A stretch of 24,000 nucleotides of DNA, taken from the NCBI GenBank assembly GCA_021813435.1, contig JAKAKR010000014.1, forward strand, positions 98,889 to 122,888. The letters run 5' to 3'. Under the pieces are notes generated by a model. The model searched no databases, was not told where the DNA came from, and worked only from the letters and a program-made list of their open reading frames with translations. The stretch is from Nanobdellota archaeon. GTDB taxonomy: Archaea > Nanobdellota > Nanobdellia > Woesearchaeales > UBA9642. Positions 16,132 to 23,877 of this stretch are shown here, one piece after another. The position numbers and the translations under genes are program-made. The first letter of the stretch is position 1. Each line of letters opens with the position of its first letter.

Positions 16132-16893
16132 CTAGGATACTATTCTTTCTATTTCTTTTGTTCTTTTTCTTATTGTTACTTCAATGATCCCGACTGTATT
16201 CGCTATTTGTCTTTGCGTGACTTTTGGTTTTCCAGCTAAATACAACGCCGCAGCTGCGATAGTCTCTGGTCTTTTGCCTTGCAAGGATTCTTGAACCTGT
16301 TCTGTCAAATCCAATGCCTTCTGTATTGCAGGTTGATCTAACTTCAGCTTATTTCCGAATCTTTCAACCAAATCCGAGGGTTTAAGATTTTCAGCCTGTA
16401 TATTCAAGTGTCTCTTCAAATGTTTATATGTCCTCAATAGAGTTGTTTTTGTCATACCTGAATGTAATGCTAGCTCCTTAGATATTTTCGGGGTTTTTGT
16501 GATTGTGCATGCTGCATAGATACAGGCATAGACGACACTATTGGTATCTCTTCCAATGCTGAAATTTGTCTTGATAGCTTCTTGTAGTAAGCTTCTGGTC
16601 TCTTTCACGACAGTATCTGTTAAATTGTGCCGAGATGCCGCCATCTCGAGCAGTTCATCGCTTTGTTTGATGTTCTTTTCTCTTGTCGTAAACAACCATT
16701 CGTATTTCACAATCTTTCCGTCTTGTCTTCTTGATCCTGCTGTCGCTACATCAGGTTGTTGTGCATAATGTTTCTTTGTAGTCTCGATGTATGGAGTATC
16801 GATTGTATCATCTAATACGAGGCCGCATGATACACACACTTCTTCATTGGCTATTATCCTTGTCTCATCGTTTCCGCATTCAGGACATCTCAT
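16132..16893 (-). CDS. tfb: Transcription initiation factor B (TFB/TFIIB) paralog, element-encoded
   Basis: N-terminal Zn ribbon CPECG...CVSCG. Two cyclin-like repeats (GRDTNSVVYACIYAAC...; GKRPETIAAAALYLAG...TQRQIANTVGIIEVTIRKRTKEI). ATG 16893 is preceded by GGGGGTGA; the track start at 16911 is TTG. Confidence 0.85.
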   Translation of the reverse strand: MRCPECGNDETRIIANEEVCVSCGLVLDDTIDTPYIETTKKHYAQQPDVATAGSRRQDGKIVKYEWLFTTREKNIKQSDELLEMAASRHNLTDTVVKETRSLLQEAIKTNFSIGRDTNSVVYACIYAACTITKTPKISKELALHSGMTKTTLLRTYKHLKRHLNIQAENLKPSDLVERFGNKLKLDQPAIQKALDLTEQVQESLQGKRPETIAAAALYLAGKPKVTQRQIANTVGIIEVTIRKRTKEIERIVS

Positions 16894-17149
16894 CAGCTTC
16901 ACCCCCTTCAACGAAGTATAGCAGCACAGGCATCACTTTCTTCTCAGTCAATTCCTTGATCCTGCTATCCAACTTCTCTTTACTCATGCATAACTCCATG
17001 ACATAATCTACTTCGGTCTCTGCGTTCTCGAATAGGTCTCTTATCGGTTTTTTCAAGTCTATCCTCTTTCTCCTGTCATCATGGAATATCTTGCCCTTTA
17101 CAGTGATGGCCTTATCCACTGTCATGACAGGCTTTTGGTAAGCTATCAT
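16880..17149 (-). CDS. Hypothetical protein (89 aa), first gene of the minus-strand unit with tfb
   Basis: ATG 17149 is preceded by GGAGGA. Its stop overlaps the tfb start by 14 nt. No family recognised. Confidence 0.5.
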   Translation of the reverse strand: MIAYQKPVMTVDKAITVKGKIFHDDRRKRIDLKKPIRDLFENAETEVDYVMELCMSKEKLDSRIKELTEKKVMPVLLYFVEGGEADEMS

Positions 17150-17551
17150 GGCGTTCCTCCTCTACTGTTCTACAGGACATGAGTATTAAGAAAAAAATGG
17201 TCAAATTGCTTGTGGAAGCAAATACATGCGCTTCCACCTTAGAGCCTTATGACTAAACATATCATAGAAGTTATTTACGTATTGTTTAATCATTTTAGTA
17301 CCCCTATACAGTAGATAAGGATTAGGTAGTATATAAATGTATATGCTCGATTACCGGAATATTTACGGATTTATCGAACTATATATGAAGATAAGACTTT
17401 ATTTATAAAGGAAAAATTTAAAAAGTGGTCGGGGCTAGTGATAAATTGGGGGTTCAATAAAGCACACGATTTCATCTTATTTACTAAATATCAATATTTA
17501 TGCCCTTTCCAAAGGATATGTTTCATTTGATTTACAGGAGATGCATTAGTT

Positions 17552-18064
17552 ATGAAAAACCAATCATTTGAAAATCTCATTAGAGATGGACGAGAATCAA
17601 TAAAGAATCATCAGATAATCGAGCCTACAAGAAATTACGACACATTCAATAATGCATTATTTTTCAATAAAAAACAGTTTTTGAATTGGTTACTTGATAA
17701 TTATCATGTTTTTGGAATAAGTAAGATATTGAAAGTCAGTGATTTTAGTCCGGAATTGATAGTTGAGACATATGATAAAACAATATTGAAGGTCGCTGTC
17801 GAGTTTTCTTCATTGAATTACAGATTAGTCAATGACTATGATATATATGACCCTAAAAGGGCGGATATAATAATAAGTTTCCTGCAACCGCATCAGGGCG
17901 TTAATGACTCTTTCATACCTATAATATCGTTATTTAAGGTTAAAGGACTATGCAGAGGCACAGATAGATTTGAAGCCGATTCCTTAGAGCTGACTGAATA
18001 TTTCAAGGAGTACATGCATACCGGCGTTAAACATCTTTATAGTGAAATTAACAGATTTAAATAA
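17552..18064 (+). CDS. Hypothetical protein (170 aa), first gene of the candidate defence operon
   Basis: ATG is preceded by AGGAG. The stop lies 1 nt before the next start. No family recognised; a PD-(D/E)xK-like pattern (SDF...ELIVE...KVAVEF) is too weak to call. Confidence 0.6.
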   Translation: MKNQSFENLIRDGRESIKNHQIIEPTRNYDTFNNALFFNKKQFLNWLLDNYHVFGISKILKVSDFSPELIVETYDKTILKVAVEFSSLNYRLVNDYDIYDPKRADIIISFLQPHQGVNDSFIPIISLFKVKGLCRGTDRFEADSLELTEYFKEYMHTGVKHLYSEINRFK

Positions 18065-18065
18065 A

Positions 18066-18890
18066 ATGACGATGGACATAAAAGAAGGAGTAAAGAACTG
18101 CACGCTATGCAATAAAAGTAGCAAATATCTTTTTAATTTAGGCAATCAACGGGTCTGTGATGATTGTTTTGTAAAATTTTATAAATCTCCGAATAAAATA
18201 GTCGCTACAGAGAAACCCATTAATGCACCAAGTAAATCACAGATTGCGACTCCGAATTACGTAAACTATTATGAGTTATTATTACAACAGTTGGATAAGA
18301 CCACGACTAACAGGGAATTACTCTCTTATCTGCCTAAATTTTATTTGATACTTTCTAAAATAATTACTGATCATAAAGCGGATTGGTATTCTAAAATGCT
18401 TGCTAATTGTGCTTTGTCTTATCTTGTAATAGAAAGCGATATAATCCCTGATAATAGCGCTACGGATTTGGGCTACATGGATGATTTATTCATATGCGCT
18501 TATGTTCTGAGGAACATCAGGGACAATGTTTCTCGAGATATAATATTATCCAATGTAGAAGACAAAAAAGAAAAAGAGAGTATATTTGACGATATCTATA
18601 ACGTCTTATCTCAATGTGATGAATATGTGGGTGATAAAAAGGACAGAATTCTGTCCTTTGTGGGTTTGAAAGAGTTCGATTCACTAGACTTCACATACTC
18701 CGAGGAGAAATCCCTCTCTATTAATTTGAGGAAGAAAAAACAACGATTGATATACGCAATGTTAGCTGTAAAACTCTCTCCGCTATTAAATAATCATTAT
18801 ACAGATAGAAAACATGTAAATTTCAAAGAGTATATCCTTGAACATAGGGATTTATTGGAATTAAAAAGATATATGGAGTTTGATAAATAA
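18066..18890 (+). CDS. Zn-ribbon + DUF1232-like domain protein (274 aa)
   Basis: CTLC...x15...CDDC (nt 18099-18167). ALSYLVIESDIIPDNSATDLGYMDDLFICAYVL resembles the DUF1232 (YkvA) signature Y.i.P.D.IPD....lGy.DD. ATG 18066 is preferred; the track start at 18042 is GTG and lies inside the upstream gene. Confidence 0.65.
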   Translation: MTMDIKEGVKNCTLCNKSSKYLFNLGNQRVCDDCFVKFYKSPNKIVATEKPINAPSKSQIATPNYVNYYELLLQQLDKTTTNRELLSYLPKFYLILSKIITDHKADWYSKMLANCALSYLVIESDIIPDNSATDLGYMDDLFICAYVLRNIRDNVSRDIILSNVEDKKEKESIFDDIYNVLSQCDEYVGDKKDRILSFVGLKEFDSLDFTYSEEKSLSINLRKKKQRLIYAMLAVKLSPLLNNHYTDRKHVNFKEYILEHRDLLELKRYMEFDK

Positions 18891-18893
18891 AAA

Positions 18894-19610
18894 ATGGCAT
18901 CATATTTGGAAATATTGGAAAATGCATCTCAGACGTATACTGGATTACGGAATGAATTAATCACCATAACTCCTAAATTCTTCAAATTGATACAAGATTT
19001 ATACGGAGAAGATATAGATTGGAAATCGAAATTCAAAATCAATTGCTGCTTGGCGCATTTTTCAATTATAAGTAACCAACAAAAATCTGAATCGATAAAT
19101 TATATTGAGGGTCTGTATTTATGCGCATATGTATTAAATCAGATATACCCCAAATATTCGGATTTAATCGAAAAGAATTGGGATAATGGGGGAACAGCCA
19201 AGGATGCAATTGCAAATACTCTGAAATTGATTGAAGACACGATAGTGTTGAAAAAACAAGACTTATTAGTATACTCCGGACTCAATAAATTTGATGAGAT
19301 GTCGAAGGACAAAGATGCATTCAAGATTCCGTCAGGTATAGATGATAAATTAGATCGCATATATAACCAAAACTTGGATTTAATGGTATTATTACATTCA
19401 GTTTTTTACATAGAAGGAACTAAACCTTCCGGAAGGAGATTACGGGATTATAAAGAACTATTCAGCAAGCATGAATGGGAAAGAGTGATAAGGATTATCC
19501 AGAATATTGAAATGCACGAATCAAGATTCGATAATAGTCATGAGATTGAATTAGAAAAGATAAAAAGAAGAGTTATACTTGAAATGGATGATGATTTAAT
19601 AATGGAGTAA
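18894..19610 (+). CDS. Diverged paralog of the preceding protein (238 aa), no Zn ribbon, degenerate DUF1232-like motif
   Basis: Collinear matches to the 18066 protein: PKFF/PKFY, DWKSK/DWYSK, NCCLAHF/NCALSYL, LCAYVLNQI/ICAYVLRNI, SGLNKFD/VGLKEFD. The D-IPD...G-DD residues are replaced by IISNQQKSESINYIEGL. Confidence 0.65.
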   Translation: MASYLEILENASQTYTGLRNELITITPKFFKLIQDLYGEDIDWKSKFKINCCLAHFSIISNQQKSESINYIEGLYLCAYVLNQIYPKYSDLIEKNWDNGGTAKDAIANTLKLIEDTIVLKKQDLLVYSGLNKFDEMSKDKDAFKIPSGIDDKLDRIYNQNLDLMVLLHSVFYIEGTKPSGRRLRDYKELFSKHEWERVIRIIQNIEMHESRFDNSHEIELEKIKRRVILEMDDDLIME

Positions 19611-19612
19611 AC

Positions 19613-21739
19613 ATGGAATCATTGAAAGATTATCAATGGGATACAAGATATAGCAGCGCTACACATAATCTAATAAAGGATTTTTTCATTCCGGCATTAT
19701 CTAGGTCAAGATATTATTACAGGATTGCAGGATACTTCTCATCCATGGCGATAGCAGCAGCTTTTCGAGGTATAAGTTCGTTTGTAGAAAATGGCGAGAA
19801 GATGTTCTTGATAGTTGGCAGCGAATTAACTGCGGACGATGTAAACGCAATAAATAAAGGAATACTGAAAGTCGATGAAATATTGACGAGAAAATGGGAA
19901 GATTGTTTCAAGGATTTTAATAACGATATAATAAAAAAAAGATTTGAATTATTATCTTGGTTAATTGCTAACGATAAACTGGAGATTCGTATAGGGATAA
20001 ATAAGGATGAATCAGGTAGGTATTTAACCGCTAACGAAGCCATATTCCACGAGAAAATTCTGATATTTGAAGATTATGACAAAAGTCAGATACAGGTAGA
20101 TGGATCTATTAATGAAACTTGGAGAGCTTGGAGAAAAAACAGGGAGTCATTTTGTGTTCATAAAAGTTGGGTTGAAGGCAATGATATATTCATCAAAACA
20201 GCTAAGGCAGAATTTGATAAAGTATGGTTAAGCAAAGATCCCACCTGTGAAGCTGTTGAACTTCCTGATGCAGTCAAAAATCGATTGTTGTCTATTACGC
20301 CAGCGCATAAACCAGAAATAGAGGATGAAGTTGATTTCTCGTTTGAAGAATTCGAAGAAGAGGAATCAAAAACAGTGACCCTAAGAAGATATCAATTAGA
20401 AGCAATAACAGCGTGGAATGATAATAATCATATAGGAGTTCTAGAGATGGCTACGGGCACAGGTAAGACGGTAACAGCGTTATGTGCAATTAAGAATCTT
20501 CCACTTAAAGGCAGGATGCTGATTATTGGTGTACCTCAAAAGGAATTAGCAGCCCAATGGGAAACACAATGTGAATCTGTATTTATAGATACACCTAAAC
20601 AAATTATACCTTGTCATAGCGACACGGATTGGAAATCGAATCTATCAAGGGAGATAAGGCAGTGTATCAGAAATGAATCTTTGGGGATTATTATCGCTGT
20701 ATTTAACACTATGCGTTCAGCGAAATTTCAAGATATTATTAAGAACATAATCGGCGATGCATATCTGATATTAGATGAGGTTCATGAACTCGGCAGTTTT
20801 GAGAATAGAAAAATGTTCCACATGTTTGATAATGTTAAATATAGGCTCGGATTGAGTGCAACACCGAGTAGAGTCTGGGATTCCGAGGGTGATGAGGCCA
20901 TACAAAAATTCTTTGGTGGCAAGCCGATTTTCGTGTGGGATATGGACAAAGCAATAAACCCCCCAGAAGGATATGAAAGATGTCTTTGCCCTTACAAATA
21001 TCATTTACATGAGTGTAGTCTTATTGATGATGAATCTGCGAAATATGAAGAATTGTCAAACAGGATAAACAGGAAAATAGCAACATTGATGTCACAAGGC
21101 AAGAAAATCAGCAGTATAGACGATGAACCTGCACTCAAGATGTTGTTATTTGAAAGAGCCAACTTAATCAAGGAATGTTTGGGAAAAGACGAAATACTTT
21201 CAGACATATTAGAGAAAAAGGATAATGAATTATTGAAGTGCCTTGTATATTGTAATGATGAGAAACATATGGATAAGGCATCAAGTATCATATCTGGGAA
21301 AGGTTTGAGTTGTCGAAAATTCTTCGGCCAGATGGATGAGGATGAAAGAGAGAGAGTCTTTGATTCGTTCACAAATAGCGATGTGCAATTTCTGGTAGCC
21401 ATAAAAATATTGGATCAAGGTATAGACTTGCCTATCTGTAATTCAGCAATCATACTTTCCAGTTCACAAAATCCTCGAGAATATGTTCAGAGGCGAGGTC
21501 GAATCCTCAGACTGCACAAGTCTAAGGAATATGCGATTGTGCATGACATAATCGTTTTTCCAAAAAAATATGCTGATTTGAAAACCGGCAAAGTAAAACT
21601 TGAAGTTTATGAGGCAAACCTTCTGAAAACTCAAATCAAGAGAATGGACATATTTATGGAAAATTCCCTCAATAAAGCCGAAAACTTTTTAAAAAAGCTT
21701 GAGTATGGAGATATTATAACAAATAGCCTTAAGGAATGA
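19613..21739 (+). CDS. HKD (PLD-family) nuclease domain fused to an SF2 (DEVH, res-subunit type) helicase
   Basis: N-terminal YRIAGYFSS and a single HKD motif FHEKILIFED...VDGSINET (His146 at nt 20048). Helicase motifs: MATGTGKT (nt 20447-20470), LILDEVH (20774-20785), LGLSATP, ILDQGIDLP, QRRGRILR. Confidence 0.85.
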   Translation: MESLKDYQWDTRYSSATHNLIKDFFIPALSRSRYYYRIAGYFSSMAIAAAFRGISSFVENGEKMFLIVGSELTADDVNAINKGILKVDEILTRKWEDCFKDFNNDIIKKRFELLSWLIANDKLEIRIGINKDESGRYLTANEAIFHEKILIFEDYDKSQIQVDGSINETWRAWRKNRESFCVHKSWVEGNDIFIKTAKAEFDKVWLSKDPTCEAVELPDAVKNRLLSITPAHKPEIEDEVDFSFEEFEEEESKTVTLRRYQLEAITAWNDNNHIGVLEMATGTGKTVTALCAIKNLPLKGRMLIIGVPQKELAAQWETQCESVFIDTPKQIIPCHSDTDWKSNLSREIRQCIRNESLGIIIAVFNTMRSAKFQDIIKNIIGDAYLILDEVHELGSFENRKMFHMFDNVKYRLGLSATPSRVWDSEGDEAIQKFFGGKPIFVWDMDKAINPPEGYERCLCPYKYHLHECSLIDDESAKYEELSNRINRKIATLMSQGKKISSIDDEPALKMLLFERANLIKECLGKDEILSDILEKKDNELLKCLVYCNDEKHMDKASSIISGKGLSCRKFFGQMDEDERERVFDSFTNSDVQFLVAIKILDQGIDLPICNSAIILSSSQNPREYVQRRGRILRLHKSKEYAIVHDIIVFPKKYADLKTGKVKLEVYEANLLKTQIKRMDIFMENSLNKAENFLKKLEYGDIITNSLKE

Positions 21740-21745
21740 ACTACC

Positions 21746-21907
21746 ATGGATGAAGATATTAATAGGATAATAAAAAAGGTTTTTTCTGAAGGAGATTCTA
21801 AGATAATAGAGGACATGTTAGATGTCGTGAACAAAGATATGTCAGACACTAAGATGGTCAAAAGGATGAATGACATAGATTTGATACTAAACGGTTACTT
21901 GGAATGA
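21746..21907 (+). CDS. Small hypothetical protein (53 aa)
   Basis: MDEDINRIIKKVFSEGDSKIIEDMLDVVNKDMSDTKMVKRMNDIDLILNGYLE. It starts 7 nt after the helicase stop, and its TGA overlaps the next ATG (ATGA at 21904-21907). Not in the ORF track (<60 aa). Confidence 0.45.
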   Translation: MDEDINRIIKKVFSEGDSKIIEDMLDVVNKDMSDTKMVKRMNDIDLILNGYLE

Positions 21908-23877
21908 TTGAATTCAAACTAATCAAAATAAGGATATATAATTTTGCATGTTATTATGGTAATAATGAGATAGATTTTCAAGTCAAATCAGATAAAAACA
22001 TCTTCTTGTTCAAACTTCCAAATGGATATGGAAAAACTAGTTTATTTCAGGCAATAAAATGGGGATTCTATGGAGAGAACATAGAATATTATAAAGATTC
22101 CAAGCAGGTGCATATAGATGAATTCCTGAATGACAGACTTAATCCGGACAAGGATTCTTGTTTTGTTGAAATCTTCTTTCAGTATGGACATCATAATTAT
22201 GAACTCAAAAGAACCTACACTCCGAGTGTTCGTAAATCCTCATTGTTAACATTATCCAAAGACAATAGAGAAATAGTAAAATTAGAGGATATCGAAGATG
22301 AAATTAATCAGATAATCCCGAAGAATTTTTCAGATTTCTTTATGTTCGACGGTGAGCAATTAAGCAAATTTACAACTGCTCAGAAAGATTTTCTATTCAT
22401 GGACAGCATACATCAACTGCTGGGGTTGAAACAATTACGGGTTCTGAGGGATGATTTGAGAAAATTAGAGGAAAGATATGAGAACAGGTTGGTGCAGCAG
22501 ACAGAGACCAACAAGGAAGTCGAGAAACGACAGAACATCATTAAAGGTTTGTTGGTTGACATAAAAAACTTTGAAACTAAAATCCAAAATAATCTCGCAA
22601 AGATTACTGAAAACGACAAAATCAAGGGAGGACTTGAGGATCAAAGGAAAGTATATGAAAATCTCCCAAAGGTTATGCAAGAGCTTGAAAAGATAAATGA
22701 AAAAATAAGAAGCAACGATAAAGAGATTAATCTAATAAGTAACAGGCTACAATCGAATTCAAAGAACCTTTTCGTATCTTTTATAAAATCCGATTTGATG
22801 AATTTAGTAACCACAAACATCGAGAAGATAGATGAACTAAAAGACGTCTGCGGACTAACTGATATGCAAGCTGAGACACAGATAAATAAAGAGAAAATAT
22901 TAAAGAAAAGTATCCCTGTATGCGATGTTTGCGGCCATAAACTAGATTCTGAAGAAAAGAAAAATCTAGAAGTAGAACAGGAGAGAATTCATCAGTCCTT
23001 GAAGCTATTTCATCAAAATAAGAATCAACGTGATGATATACAAAATGAGAATCAATTATATACTTCGTTCTCGAATTTAGTCAAAGATTATGATTTTCAG
23101 AAAGACTTAGATGATTTGAAGGGATTAAACCTAAAACAAGGTATTTTATTAAAGGAAAAGAAGGATTTGGACAAAGAAAGCCAACGAGAAGAATACGGAA
23201 GCTTATCGACAATAAACAGGCAAATAGGTTTATTGGATGAGGAAAATTCTACATTGCGAGCTGATAATAAGACGCTAGAATTAAGAATTCGTAAAACCAA
23301 AGAGGAAAAGGACGAGGTCACGAAGGAGATAAAGAGATTTGGCCATGATGATAAGATATTCAGCAAAACAACGACTTTGGCGAGTACGGCAGGTAAATAT
23401 GTTAAGTTGCTTGATGAGGCGCTAGAATTAGGCACACAAACTAAGAGGATGTCTATATTGAAAAAGTCCAATGAACTATTTAATGCCATTACCAACAAAC
23501 CGGAAGAATACCTCGGGTTGGATTTTGAAAACGATTCAAGTTTTTCCTTTGTCATAAAAACCAAGGACAATAGGAAAGTAACTAATCCATCTAAGGGCGA
23601 AAAACAAGTGATGGCTATGAGTTTCTTGTTAGGCTTAAATCAATACACAGGGATTAATAACGTAATACTTATGGATACTCCTGTGGCAAGCTTGGATGAT
23701 GTTCACAGTGCCGGCATCGGTACTGCATTGTCTCATCTGAAGAATCAAGTCATTTTCTTAGCCCAACCTGTTGAATTAAGCGGAGACATTCTCAAAAATA
23801 TGAAACCTGGAATCGCTAAGGAATTCGTCGTAGAAAGACATGATTATAAATCAACCATAATTGAGGAAACAAAATGA
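21904..23877 (+). CDS. DndD/Rad50-like ABC (SMC-type) ATPase with a central zinc hook
   Basis: N-terminal IRIYNFACY...LPNGYGKTSLFQAI (Walker A, nt 22021-22041). FFMFDGEQL (DndD-like). About 400 aa of K/E/L-rich predicted coiled coil with CDVC at its midpoint (aa 340-343, nt 22921-22932). Signature-like GEKQVMAMSFLLGL and Walker B VILMDTPVASLDD. Confidence 0.8.
   Translation: MIEFKLIKIRIYNFACYYGNNEIDFQVKSDKNIFLFKLPNGYGKTSLFQAIKWGFYGENIEYYKDSKQVHIDEFLNDRLNPDKDSCFVEIFFQYGHHNYELKRTYTPSVRKSSLLTLSKDNREIVKLEDIEDEINQIIPKNFSDFFMFDGEQLSKFTTAQKDFLFMDSIHQLLGLKQLRVLRDDLRKLEERYENRLVQQTETNKEVEKRQNIIKGLLVDIKNFETKIQNNLAKITENDKIKGGLEDQRKVYENLPKVMQELEKINEKIRSNDKEINLISNRLQSNSKNLFVSFIKSDLMNLVTTNIEKIDELKDVCGLTDMQAETQINKEKILKKSIPVCDVCGHKLDSEEKKNLEVEQERIHQSLKLFHQNKNQRDDIQNENQLYTSFSNLVKDYDFQKDLDDLKGLNLKQGILLKEKKDLDKESQREEYGSLSTINRQIGLLDEENSTLRADNKTLELRIRKTKEEKDEVTKEIKRFGHDDKIFSKTTTLASTAGKYVKLLDEALELGTQTKRMSILKKSNELFNAITNKPEEYLGLDFENDSSFSFVIKTKDNRKVTNPSKGEKQVMAMSFLLGLNQYTGINNVILMDTPVASLDDVHSAGIGTALSHLKNQVIFLAQPVELSGDILKNMKPGIAKEFVVERHDYKSTIIEETK

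Noticed and set aside
17552-18064. PD-(D/E)xK nuclease call for the first operon protein
   Set aside because: Only a loose SDF...ELIVE...KVAVEF pattern is present, with no (D/E)xK triad. That is too weak without a profile or structure search, so it is left as hypothetical.
21904-23877. DNA phosphorothioation (dnd) modification cluster
   Set aside because: Only a DndD-like ATPase is present. There is no cysteine desulfurase (dndA), PAPS-reductase-like dndC, dndE or dndB in the window, so I call it DndD-like by architecture only.
19613-23877. Classical type I/III restriction-modification system
   Set aside because: No methyltransferase or specificity-subunit motifs appear in any ORF in the window. 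The one NPP tripeptide (AINPPEGY) sits inside the helicase, not in a methyltransferase context. A methyltransferase downstream of the window cannot be excluded.
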